64,000 nucleotides of DNA from Felis catus (Eukaryota), in the NCBI RefSeq assembly GCF_018350175.1, contig NC_058368.1, forward strand, positions 111,974,001 to 112,038,000. The letters run 5' to 3'. Of the stretch, positions 12,570-24,680 are shown piece after piece (position 1 is the stretch's first letter; each line of letters starts with the position of its first letter). The position numbers and the translations under genes were made by a program. Under the pieces are notes generated by a model. The model was not told the origin of the DNA and did no database searches. It was given only the letters and a program-made list of their open reading frames with translations.

Positions 12570-14181
12570 TGCCTGTGTGCTGCCTCATTAGAAGTGCACA
12601 CAGAGTGACGTGTGTCCTGGTCACAGGAGCTAAATTTGCACTCACTGTCCCCAAGTGGAAACAGACTGCCCGGAACGCTAGCACTCGATGGCATCTGCTA
12701 CTCTCGGCAACAGGGTCAGGCCGGGGCGACCCGACGGGGAGGTCAGAGATTCTGTCCCAGAGGCTAGAGATCCAAGACGAGCGCGCGTTGGTAGGGGCTT
12801 CGGGACTGCAAGTGGACCGGGCAGGATCTCTGGGGCGCAAGACATTCAATACCCACCCTGGACTTAGGGAGCCTCATGAGCCCCAGGTGGCAGTGGACAG
12901 CTCTGGAATCTGCCTGCCTCATAGCCCAGGCAAAGTAAGGGTTTGTATCCTAGAAAACTTGACCGAAGTCGTGGAACTGAAGGGGGTGGCTAAGAAACAA
13001 GAGGGTTTGATGGGAGCCTGGTGATGGGGCTATTCTGTTCAGCCATGAGATAATGATATTTGACGTGTGATTTTGCTTTTCCCCCTTCTGGATGGGATTC
13101 CCCATGTAGGGCCCAGCAAAGAGGAGCGAGGGGAGTGAGTCCCTGGATGGGAGGCTGCCTAGGGCTGGTGATCGCAGAAGTATCTAGACTTGGAGGAGAG
13201 GGGCTTCTGTCCCAGATCTAAGCCCGCTGCCTGTGCCCCTCTAGGAGGGACTCTTCACAGAGAAAACAAGGTGCTTTGCTCTAGATCGTGATCCCAGGGT
13301 TTTCTGCTGGGCGCCTGCTTCCCGCAGGCTCCACGTGGTAGGAAGACTTGGTTCAATGTGCACTGAACCTGACTCAAGGTCTCCGCTTAAAGAAGCTGAG
13401 GCAGAGGCAGAAGGGCGCCCGCAGCAACAGGAGCCGTTCTGGGTAACGGTTGGCAATCTGGAGATGGCCTCCCTTGGGCCCAGTCTGCCATTCTGACAGC
13501 TTGGAGGGCCACGCCTTCACCTGGGCCTTAAATGGCCTGATGCCTGAGAGAGCAGATAGGGGATGTCTGCGTGAAGGGACAGCACAACAAAGGCCGGGAG
13601 TGGGGCATGTACAACTCAGGTTTGGAAGGAGAGAAGAGCATTCGTGGCTGCTAAGTTTGTAAAAGATAGTGGGAAAGCGTCCCGGAAATGTAAATCAGGA
13701 TGAAAATAGGTATTGTTGTGGGGCTAAGAAAAACCATAGAACTAGGTCCAAAAGCCCCACACTACCCAACTTATTCAGGGCCCACGCCTGAATAAGAATT
13801 GCAACAGTAGTTAGTAGTTAAGGATCCAGGCCCCATTAAATCAACCGTGATGGAGGAGGAAACCCTAAAAATAGAAACAGATGAACCTACTTGGTGTTTC
13901 CAGTGAATAACATAACCATACTGAAGGAAGAAACAGAAAAGTAACCCGAGTAACTTTTGAACACAATACTTTGACTATATACCCTCAGGTTAAGGCAAAA
14001 AGAACCGCAAATATTAAACTCTACTTGTAATGTGTTTTTCACAGTTACACGAGTATAGCAATTTTCTGTGGTATTGTGGGATTAAGCAAATGAGTAAATA
14101 CATAATGCTGAGAGTCAGATTCTCACTGTTGGAGAAGGGAATACAAAACAGAGGATAGAGGAAGCCTAGAAAGAGTTCTGT

Positions 14182-14367
14182 GGGGCACCTGGGTGGCTCA
14201 GTTGGTTGAGCATCCAACTTCTGCTCAGGTCGTGATCTCATGGCTTGTGAGTGCAAGCCCCAGATGGGGCTCACTGCTGTCAGTGCAGAATGTACATCGG
14301 ATCCTCTGTTCCCCTCTCTCTCTGCCTCTCCTTGCTTCTCTCTCTCAAAAATAAACATTTAAAAACA

Positions 14368-14369
<2 letters not shown>
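14182..14369 (+). mobile_element. CanSINE (first of a tandem pair)
   Basis: CanSINE head and body; tail expanded into a purine microsatellite. Confidence 0.93.
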
Positions 14370-14410
<41 letters not shown>

Positions 14411-14492
14411 GAAGGAAGGAAGGAAGGAAGGAAGGAAGGAAGGAAGGAAGAAGGAAGGAAGGAAGGAAGGAAGGAAGGAAGGAAGGAAGGGG

Positions 14493-14559
<67 letters not shown>

Positions 14560-14560
14560 A
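14368..14560. repeat. Compound (GAAA)n(GGAA)n(GAAA)n microsatellite
   Basis: About 190 bp of pure purine tetranucleotide repeats derived from the SINE A tail. Confidence 0.97.
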
Positions 14561-14568
14561 TGAATTCA

Positions 14569-14803
14569 GGGGTGCCTGGGTGGCTTAGTCAGTTAAGCGT
14601 CCGGCTTCAGCTCAGGTCATGATCTCACGGTTTGTGGGTTCGAGCCCCGCATCAGGCTCTGTGCTGACAGCTCAGAGCCTGGAGCCTGTTTTGGATTCTG
14701 TGTCTCCCTCTCTCTCTGCCCCCTCCTGATTGTGCTCTGACTCTCTCTCTCTCTCTCTTTGTCTCTCTCTCTCTCTCTCTGAAAAATAAACATTAAAAAA
14801 AAA
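14569..14803 (+). mobile_element. Feliform CanSINE (second of a tandem pair)
   Basis: Full CanSINE with GCTCAGAGCCTGGAGCCTG, (CT)n and A tail. Confidence 0.96.
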
Positions 14804-15762
14804 AGAAAGAATTCTGTGAGTTGGATTCGAACTGTAAGATTGAAGGTATCAGTACATACAGTATACGTAATATATACATACATAAACAAATATGCATATA
14901 TACATACGTACATTTTCTACCTTTGTACAATGAAACGTCCTGAAGCAAAAGCACCTTAGTTACAATGAGCACATTTAATATCTAAATCTTGGTTTCTAAC
15001 TGCCATTCCTTACTAAAAAGGAACAAGGGTTTGTTGGAGGATGGCTGGGGCAGGGAAAGCGTAAGATGAGTGTAAGACATCTGTTTATGTCAGAAAGAAT
15101 GACAGGGACAAATTAAAAAGTCTCAGAAGTCAGCTGGAAGCGGCTCCCACAAGTCATATCTGGAAAAATATAAACATCAAAAAAAAAATAATGACAGTGA
15201 AAGATGATAACCCATTGAATAAAAATGAAATTCCATGAATCCAAATGGTATAAATGTACACATGAATGAATGAATCGATAGGTGAATGAATAAATGGGGG
15301 GAAAGGGAAACTTTTCCTTACAGTATAATGCCAACTAATGAATAGAGAAGGAATGGCGAAGTTAGAAAATTGTCATTTTGCAAACATTAAGTAATAATTG
15401 TTATAGGCAAAAAATGGACAATGGATGCTAAAACTGGGTGAAAGCTCGATGTGAATCGGAATATTTAGAGTCCCAAGGAATCTTCCTGTAATAAGCTTAC
15501 TAATTATAAGAATAGTAACTTTACAGTGGAGAGTCCTGGAACACATCACCTTAATCAAGTGCTTAAAGTTAACATTAACAATATTGGAACAATTCAGTAA
15601 ATACCAAGTGCTTCCTCGTCTGACGAACCGAGAAAGAATCACTTCTCACTTCTCACACATCACTTCTGTAGTATTCCTGCCAAAATGTAAAACTTGAATC
15701 TGATGATGAGGAAAGATCAGAAAAGTCTATATTGAGGGACATTATACAAAATAATTGGCCTA

Positions 15763-15863
15763 GAGACGCCTGGGTGGCTCAGTCGGTTGAGTGTCTGACT
15801 CTTGATTTCGGCTCAGGTTAGGATCTCACAGTTTGTGAAGGACTCTGCACTAACAGCATAGGG

Positions 15864-15923
<60 letters not shown>

Positions 15924-16042
15924 CCTCCCTCCCTCCCTCCCTCCCTCCCTCTGCCCCTCCCTTGCTGATGCATGCATGTACACACATATTCTCTCTCCCC
16001 CTCTCTCTCAAAAATAAACTCTTAAAAATACATAAATAAAAT
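15763..16042 (+). mobile_element. CanSINE with expanded (CT)n/(CCCT)n
   Basis: TSD AAAATAATTGGCCTA at 15748-15762 and 16043-16057. Confidence 0.95.
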
Positions 16043-16367
16043 AAAATAATTGGCCTATACTTCTCCAAAATGTCTAGGTCACAAAAAATAAAGAAAGGCT
16101 GAAAAAACCATTCTAGATTTAAAAAGATTGAGGAGACATGACAACCAAAAGCAGTATATGATTCTAGATGGGATCCTGGCCTAGGGGGGAAATACTTAAA
16201 GAGGACATTATTGGGACAACTGGAGGAATTTGAATACAGATTGGACATTAGATATTGGCAGATGTCAATATTTAATTTCCTGATTTTGATAATTGTCCTG
16301 AGATTACGTTTTTAAATATTCTTTTCTTAGGAAACACACTGAAGTAGGACTAGTGGGCATGCTCTAG

Positions 16368-16690
16368 CCCAATGGTTCTCAAAGTATGTTCCAAGGACCC
16401 TGGCAGGGGGAGGGGGGATCCCTGAGACCCTCACATGGAGTCTGTAAGGTCTTTGTCTTCCAGCTATCTATTTATGTGACAAAGCATTTTCATATAGTTC
16501 AAAATCACATCAGGCCAGCTTGAATGCAGAAGTAGATATGTGAATCTAGTTGTCTTCTATTAAGCCAGATATTAAAGAGATTTGCAAACATGTAAATGTC
16601 ACCTTTCTCGCTAGTTACTGTTTCAAAAAACAAAGCTCTTTTTCATTAAAAATGTCATAGGTTAACATGAAATGAGATTGTTACTTCATT
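16368..16690 (+). mobile_element. hAT-Charlie DNA transposon fragment
   Basis: Terminus-like CAATGGTTCTCAAAGT; internal TTGAATGCAGAAGTAGATATGTGAATCTAGTTGTCTTCTATTAAGCCAGATATTAAAGAGATTTGCAAA resembles a Charlie transposase 3' end. Confidence 0.65.
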
Positions 16691-17242
16691 CATTTAATTT
16701 CAGCTTTATTGAGATACAACTGACAAATCAAATTGTAATATATTTAAAGTGTACAGTGTGCAGATTTGACTTATGTATACATTGTGAAAGACTTCCCACC
16801 ATCAAGTTTATTAACATACCTTCACTGCCCATATTTACTTTTTTTTTTTCTTTTTCTTTGTATTCTTTTGGGTAAGAACAATTAAGTTCTACTCTCTTGG
16901 TAAATTTTGATTGTACAATACGATATTATCGACTCTAATGTATAATGTTATACATTAGATCCCTAGACATTATTCATCTTACAACACAAAGCTTGTACCC
17001 TTTTAGCAGCCTCTTTGTAGTTTCTTATCCCTCCATCCCTGGCAACCACCATTCTACCATTCTACTCTGTTTCTATGAGTTCAACTTCCTTTTTTCTTTG
17101 TTTTAGATTTCACAGGTAAGTGATACGGTGCAGTATTGACCTTTCTTCCTCTGGCTTATTTCCCTTAGCATAGTGCCCTCTGGATTCATTCATATTGTCA
17201 TAAACAGCAAGATTTCCTTCTTTTTTGAGGCTAAATAATATT

Positions 17243-17293
<51 letters not shown>

Positions 17294-17766
17294 CATTTTC
17301 CTTATTCATGCATTTGTTGATGGACACTTAGGTTGTTTTCTATTTCTACCTTTGCTATTGTGAATAATGTTGCAGTGAACACGGGAGTATAGATACCTCT
17401 GCGAGACAGTGATTTATCTTCCTTGGCATATATACCCAAAAGTGGGATTGCTGGATCATATGGTAGTTCTATTTTTAATTTCTTGAGGAAACTCCATATG
17501 TTTTTCATAGTGGCTGCACCAATGTACGTTCCCACCAACTGTGCACACGGGTTCCCTTTTCTCCACATTCTTGCTGGCATTTGTTATCTCTTGCCTTTTT
17601 GAAAATAGACATCCTAAAAGGTATGAAGTGACATCTCATTGTGGTTTCTATTTGCATTTCCCTGATTAGTGGTATTGAGAATCTTTGCATGTACCTCTTG
17701 GCCATGTGTATACCTTGTTTGGAAAAATCTATTTGGGTTCTTTGCCTGTTTTTAAGTTGGGTTATT

Positions 17767-17814
<48 letters not shown>

Positions 17815-18180
17815 TGTTTTTTTTTTTTTTTTTTACTCTTGAGTTGTATGAGTACCTTGTATGCTCTGGATATTAACCCCTTATCAGATATGTGGTTTGC
17901 AAATATTGTCTCATTCCACAGGTTGCCTTTTCATTTGTTGATGATTCCCTTTGCTGTGCAGAAGCTTTTCAGTTTGATGTAGGCCCTCTGGTTTTTGTCT
18001 GTTTTGGTTTATTATTATTTTTGTTGCTTTTGTTATCTTTGCTCTTGGTGTTAAATCCAAAAAATCATTGCCAAGACTGATGTTAAGGAGCTTACCCCAT
18101 ATGATGTCTTCTAGGAGTTTTATGGTTTTAGGTCTTATGTTCAAGGTCATTTCTTCAACACCAAAATGTTTAATCCCTTT

Positions 18181-18213
18181 ATTTAGTTTTTTTTAATGTT
18201 TTTATTTATTTTT

Positions 18214-18248
<35 letters not shown>

Positions 18249-18423
18249 GGAGAGAGAGAGAGAGAGAATGAGCTGGGGAGGGGCAGAGAGAGAGGGAGAC
18301 AGAAAATCCAAAGCAGGATCCATGCTATCAGTACAGGGCCAGATATGGGGCTGGAACCCACAAGCCTGGAGATCATGACACGAGCTGAAGGTGCTTATTC
18401 AACTGAGCCACCCAGATACCCCC
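18181..18423 (-). mobile_element. CanSINE (tandem pair, left)
   Basis: CanSINE body, (GA)n, T tail. Confidence 0.93.
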
Positions 18424-18438
18424 ATTTAATCCATTTTT

Positions 18439-18618
18439 AATGTTTATTTACTTATTTGAGAGAGACAGAGAGAAAGGGAGGGAGGGACAGAGAGAGAGGG
18501 TGAGAGAGAACCCCAGGTAGGCTCTGTGCTCGGGGATTGATACCACTAACGGTGCGATCATGATCTGAGCTGCGATCAGGAATCAGACGCCTAACTAGAT
18601 GAGCCACCCAGGTACCCC
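18439..18618 (-). mobile_element. CanSINE (tandem pair, right)
   Basis: CanSINE body with an internal deletion. Confidence 0.92.
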
Positions 18619-19889
18619 TGTGTTTAACCCATTTTGAATTTTTGTGTATGGTGTAGGATAGCAGTCCATTTTCATTATTTTGTATGTGGCTGTCCAGTTT
18701 TCCCCATTGTATATTCTTGGCTCCTCTGTTGAAAATTAATTGACCACATATGCATGGGTTTGTTTCTGGGCTTTCTTTTTGGTTCTACTGATCTGTGTGT
18801 TTGTTTTTATGCCCATACTATACTGTTTTGATTACTATAGATTTGTAATATAGTTTGAAATCAGAACATTGATGTCTCCAGCTTTGTTCTTCCTTTTCAA
18901 GACTCCTTTGACTATATGGGGTCTTTGTGATTGTCCAAGCAGCTTACTCTGTTCTTAGTGGATCCCAGTAATTGAGGGTATGCCAAGACCAATCAGTGTC
19001 AAAGGGGAGAATCACAGCCCATGGGTGCAGGCTGACTAGAAGCTAGGCCCACAGACAGTGGCTTGTAAATATGCAAACTTCTGTCAGGGAAAGACTCACA
19101 GATGAGTGACTTTGCCCATTTCCAGGACAGGAGAGAGAGCCTGCATGATGAAACACTGGGATTTCTGGATTATGCAGAAGGTTCAAGGAAATGACATGTG
19201 GAGCACAGTACTTGAACTCAGGGTCATCCTGAGTAGAAGGGGGTCAGGGCACCTGAAAAATCAGGGATGAGTGGTCACCAACTTTTTCAAACTAATCCTA
19301 TGCCCACCACAGGGATTTGGGAAAGGGGAAGACATATATGGCCATAGGAGAAATACTGGGAGTTCTCAGGAAGATAGGCACATAAGCACAGATCATTCAT
19401 TTCAGTTCCCGCTGCCTTGAGTAACCAGATAGCATCAGGTGATGACAATTAGGAAATCCCTGAATCTTAGAACATTTGGTTAGGGAAGCTTATAAAAATT
19501 AAGTCTAAGCATCCATTGTTTTGTCTAAGCACACATGAGAATAATTGTAAACACAACAACAAAAACCTCCTGACAGCTGGCTCACTGTCGCTGACCTGGG
19601 AAGAGAAAGGGTCTGGCAGGAGCAAGCCTTGATGGAGATCAGAGCCAAATGCAACGGGAGCCCAAACCAGCTCCAGGAACCAGCTAACCCCGGGGCTTAT
19701 ATCGCACACAGTCTAACTCAGGGCAAACTAAAGCACCTGGTCCCCGAATTCAACGTGAATCCAAGCATCAGTTGCCTAAAGCTGTCAGAAGTCATCATCA
19801 ACATCGTCTTTACATTGCATCTTCCTGGGACTGAACTGATATTTCATTCACGTGAAGCTTCCAGACTAGGAGTAAAAAAGGAAAACACA

Positions 19890-20462
19890 AAAATAAAATT
19901 AAACACAGAATCGCCATTCCATGCACCGTTTCCATTTCCAGGTGGAACACACCCAGTATAGTTGAAAGCAGGGATTCGGGTGGCTAGTTGTACACCCATG
20001 CATAGCCACATTATTCATAGGAGCCAAAGGTCAAAGCAACCTCAGGATCCACTGACAGATGAATGGAGAAACGAAATGTGGTCTCTACAGACGATGGAAT
20101 ATTATTCAGCTTTAAAAAAGGAAGGAAGTTCTGACACATGGTACAATATGGACGAATCTTGAAGATATGTTAACTGAAGTAAGCTAATCAAAAAGGACAA
20201 ATAGGTATGCTTTCGTTTCTACGAGGTACCTAGAAAAGGCAAACTCATAGAGACAGAAGTAGAAAGGAGGTTGCCAGGGGCTGGAAGGAGGAGAAATGGA
20301 GAGTTATTATTTAATGGGTATAGGGCTTCATCTGGGGATGATGAAGAATTTCTGGAGATGGGTAGCAGTGATGGTTGCACAACAGTGTAAATATACTCAA
20401 TACCACTGGACTGTACACTTAAAATGGTAAATTTCATGTTATTTGTATTTTACTACAATAAG
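19890..20462 (+). mobile_element. Old L1 3' end (L1MB-like)
   Basis: ORF2 C-terminal remnant (PLTDEWRNEMWSLQTMEYYSALKK) and the typical 3' UTR (GGTTGCCAGGGGCTGG...GTACACTTAAAATGGTAAATTT). Confidence 0.88.
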
Positions 20463-21299
20463 ACGAACAATAGGAACACGCCCCCTCTGCTCTCAGTCTG
20501 TACAGGTTCTTGGTAAAGGCGGAACTCAGCTTCTAAGTGCATGTCCCGGAGGCGTCCCTGTGATCCAGGTTCAGGAGCTTTCTGGGCTGTTCCAAGGCTC
20601 CGATGAGGCACGGGCAGCAGAAACGCCAGAAGAGGTCTCCAGAACTTGGGCTTTCTTTCACCTCCTTGGTCAGAGCCACCACCTCCTGGATCAGATGCCA
20701 AAGAACCGAGGGGAGCAAAAGCCAGGAGCGTATCTTAAAGGTGCCCTGACCCCCTTGTACCCTCCCGGAGTCAGGGCACACCGTTGTACTGGGTTTTCCC
20801 CCTTTTCTACCAACTACCACTGATCAGAAATATGCATAGATAAAGGAGGCTCCGGCCCTGTCCCAGTTCTGCATTTGGGCTCCCCGACAGTGGGGAAAGG
20901 ACAGGTCGTTCTCCAAGTCCAGCAGAACTCGTGTGTCCAGCTGCGCAAGACAACTGGCTGAACCTCACCGCAGCCATTGTAATCACCACGTGCAGAAGGG
21001 GTCTTATCACATAACAACTTTCTCACCCCTCAGGGGGCAGGAGGTGGGGCCCACCGGCAGGCAACCACGGGGACTGTGCCTCCGTTCGTTCATTATTTTC
21101 CAAACAAGTCAGTAGAAAATTGAGGTTTCTGAGCCATTTGCAGATTAGTGAGGACTCAAGATGTGGGTCCACATAGCCTGGCTAAGCCCAGGACTGAGAC
21201 ACTCCCCTCTCCCCTCCTCTTTAAGGCGAACCTACCCTACCGTAGATACATAGACAAGAAAAAAAGGGAAAAGCAGAGACGTAAGTAACCTTTCCAGCT

Positions 21300-21800
21300 C
21301 TCCTTGTGGCCCCACCGCGCAGCAACTCCTGGATTAATCTTTCTTTCTTTCTTTTCTTTTCTTTTTTCCTTTTTCTGCTCAATGGATTGTGGTCAAGGCC
21401 ATTGTAACGTGAGCAGTGCCTCGGAGGGGATTGGCCGAGGGGGCTGCGAGGGGCCCCTTTCACAGAGGGCTAATTGCGTTTCAGACCACCAGTATTCGGG
21501 AGCTACAGATGTCTTCCTTCATTTGCCTAGGCAGCACAATTGGACCCATCTGTTGCATTTATTCCGCGGGCTCCCCTGCCCGCCCCCGCCCGCCCCCACC
21601 CCCTCACCCCCATCCCCTCCCTTCCCTTGTCTGCTGGGCCTAAATTGAAAACTCATCAAAATGTAATCCAAGAGCAGTTTGGCCGCGGAGCCGCTGAGAA
21701 GGGGCTCGGTGGGAATAAAGGCCCCCCGCCACTTTACACACGGGCCAGAGCCTGGGGAGCCGGGTCACAGGCAGCCTTAGGGGGGAAAGTGAGAAGTTAG
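21300..21800. promoter_or_regulatory. Candidate enhancer / conserved non-coding block
   Basis: Repeat-free and CpG-retaining; GGATTA (21331), TCAAGGCCA overlapping CATTGT (21393-21405), CTAATTG (21470), TAATCC (21664), GC boxes. Confidence 0.45.
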
Positions 21801-22625
21801 CCGGCAGATGGGCTGCTCCACGCGGCCCTATAACCTGATGCCTCCGAAGAGGGGCCCTAGCAACGGGCTGGCCCAGGCGCGAGGAGGCCGCTGCCCTGGA
21901 GGTAGCGACCCCACCTCACAGGCCTTGCCCCTGGCCCAGGATGCTTCGATTTCAAACGGGGCTGGGGCCAGGGCTCATCACTCTCTGACCCCCATCTGCC
22001 CTCTGGAGCTCAAAGGGATTTCCAAGGCAGAGAGGGCAGGGACTGTGTGGCCTCCCAAGGGCTGGGGAATGTGGCACTCCAGAGGGCAGCCTGTTTGCCA
22101 GCCCCACCCTCCTGCGCGGCCCGTGCTTCCCTTCATCCACTCCTCCCTCTGCTCTGCCTCCCTGTGATGTCTTCAGGCTCTTCCCTGCACTGCTTCTCTT
22201 CCTCCCAAGAGGCACTGGGCTCTGGAAGGTGTGGAGGTGGCTGCTAACGCCTTCGTGCCGCCCAGGGCTCACAGGCTGGCTGGGAGGCTGGCCTGGGAAC
22301 TCGGGGCTTGACGTAGCTACAAACCCCAGCTCTGGTGTCTTTTAGGGTCCCCTTTCCCATACCTCACCTATCCTGGGCCAGAAATAGGGCCATTACCCTG
22401 AGGAGCAGCTGGCGGCTACACCCTCCCACCTGTCTGCTGCTGACCCCTGGGGGAGGGCAGGCTGCTAGCCGGCGTGATGTTTTCCCATCAGTAGGCTTGG
22501 AGGAACAGCTATGGTAATGTTTCACTGCTGGGCACATCTATGAGCTGTGTGCCTAGAGCCTCTCTTTGTTGCTGAAGAGTGGGTATGGGGTTTTCTAAAC
22601 TTTCTTTTTACTGAAGCCCATAGTA

Positions 22626-22716
22626 ATATATATGCATATATATATATATATGCACATATATATGCACATATATATGTGCATATATATGTGCATATATATA
22701 TATACACACACACACA
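22626..22716. repeat. (TA)n/(TATATGCA)n/(CA)n compound microsatellite
   Basis: Directly visible. Confidence 0.93.
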
Positions 22717-22893
22717 TTTATACTTTTTTCATAGCAATCCAATATACACACATAGATGTATAACTAAAGCAAAAGTTTCACAAAATAATACTTCCCCTGA
22801 GTCTAGGCAACGCCCTCTGATACTCCCTATTCTAACATTCTGTTCCATTGTTTACAATGCTGATCCACCACACTGCTTTTACAACCTACCAGA

Positions 22894-23085
22894 GCAGTAG
22901 TTCTCAAATGTTCATGGCCATGAAACCCCTCCTGCCGCCCCTAACCTGGCATGTATAAAAATACAGGCCCCTGGGCCCATCTCTGAGAGGTGGTTCAGAA
23001 GCACTGGGATAGGGCCCGTGAATGGATGTTTTTGACAAAGCGCTCTCCCTCCCCTTTAAAGGGAATTCTGTTGCACCTCGACAAA
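22894..23085. mobile_element. MER5-like hAT MITE
   Basis: Starts CAGTAGTTCTCAAA; internal AAAAATACAGGCCCCTGGGCCC...GGGCCCGTGAAT...TTTTTGACAAAGC resembles MER5A/B. Confidence 0.6.
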
Positions 23086-23599
23086 CCCTGCTGCTTCCAG
23101 TGTGCTCTGTGGTCTCAATCTCATGGTCTGAGCTGGAAACAATAGAGTGACCAAGATGGGCAGCTCAAGGTGAGGCCTTCCGAGGTCGCCACCTCCCCAC
23201 CATGTCTTAATTAAATCCTCACCCAGTGAGAGTGTGGATGTCAGGTCTGGCTTGGCTGGCTTTTAATTGAAGTGTTAATTTGTAGCTGCAAGAGCGAGGG
23301 CCCTGCAGTTCTGGAGCCTTCATTTGCCGCCATCCTAAGCTGATTAGCTGTGCTGGGGCGAGAGAGGGGCACAAGCCATCAGCAGGGGAGCTAGCTGGGC
23401 CAGAATCAGGCCTTGGAGCTGCCTTTGCGGAGAGGGGGGCAGGCCAGGGCCAAAGCCTTCTGCACCTGTCTCGTCTGCCCACCAGCCGCCAGGCAAACAC
23501 CTGCCCCAACGGGCCTCCCAGGCATTGACCTGGTTTCTGCTCCCCCGATCCCCAGGTCCATCTCTGTGATAAAGAGTCATCTTTATCCTGTGGGTCTTG

Positions 23600-24680
23600 C
23601 ACTCACACACCATTGTCTACAGGATAAACAATCAGCTCTTCAGCCTGATGCCCAAGGCCTCCCAGAAACTGGCCCAAGAGCATCTCCCAATGTCCCCCTC
23701 TCCTGCCCGCCCCCCATTCATCCTTGCTGCGTCGGGCTGCTCTCAATCCCCACCCGGGCTGGGAAGTTCCATTCCAGCCTCCAGCCCTTTGATCTGATGT
23801 GCCTCTGCCTGGAATGCCCTTGCTGATTCTCGTCCATCCTTCAAGGCTCAGCGTCACTGATACCTCCTCTGAGAAGCCTTCTGTTCTGTCAGGTTGTCAG
23901 GAACAGGACTTAGTGCAGAATGAGATGGGCTTGGGGAGAGAAGAAACTGAAAGGAGACACGTGCCCAGGCACATAGGACAGCTGGATAATCAAGCCTTGG
24001 GAAGGCCAGGACAGGCAGCTCTGGGGTGGGCCCGGTCCTTGTGTCCCCTGCTCCTTTCCCTCTTGGGCTCTCTGCCTGTCCCTGGATATCTGCCCTTGTT
24101 GCTGGTGTGAATCTGGCTCAGTGGTTGTTGGCTCTGGAAGGAAGTAGTCTGGGCTCACAGCCTGCCCTGGCTACTTACCAGCTAAGTGACTCTGAATAAG
24201 TGACTTCACCTTCCTGGCCTGTTTCCTTGTTTGCAAAATAGCAACAGCCCCTGTCCTACCTGCCCCTGAGATGAGGCCTGTGTGAGTTGCTTCCTTCATC
24301 GGAGGCACTCTTCCCCAACCACAGGGTCTTCGCACATGCCATTCCTACCGAGCAGAACATCTTTTGCGCTCTCTTCCCAACTGAGCTCCCATACATCCTT
24401 CCTCTTAGTAGCCGTCCCCTTGACCCGGTCAGAGTCCCCCACCCGCAGCAGTCTCCGCGCTGGTACCTTTACTCTGTGACCCTTGTACTAGTAAGACATT
24501 CACAGAAAAATCCACATGAACAGTTTCTCAAAACTCTGTCTCCCCACCAGACTCTAAGCTCCATGGAGGTAGGGCCTGTGTTGCTCTTGCTCACTTCTCT
24601 ATCACTGCTTTATCTCCAGGTCCTAGCACAGTGCCTGGCACAGAGCAGGTACCCAATTAATCCTTAATGAACGAATGCAT
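23600..24680 (+). mobile_element. L2 fragments with an intervening MIR (~24150-24270)
   Basis: L2 3' end CTAAGCTCCATGGAGGTAGGG...CCTAGCACAGTGCCTGGCACAGAGCAGG...AATGAACGAATG; earlier CCTCTGCCTGGAATGCCCTT. Confidence 0.7.

Larger units (their letters stand above)
13830..16360 (+). mobile_element. Old L1 long 3' UTR (L1MC3/L1MC4-like) split by three CanSINEs
   Basis: Matches recalled L1MC 3' UTR blocks (GAATAACATAACCATACTGAAGG; GACTATATACCCTCAGG; TTCTCACTGTTGGAGAAGGGA; GGACATTATTGGGACAACTGG). Confidence 0.75.
16695..18930 (-). mobile_element. L1 (L1MA9-like) 3' portion with (TG)n tracts and two CanSINEs
   Basis: ORF2 remnants ([46 protein letters not shown]) and L1 3' UTR. Confidence 0.9.

Noticed and set aside
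14251..14622. K/E/R-rich 123-aa ORF
   Set aside because: Translation of a SINE plus the (GAAA)/(GGAA) microsatellite.
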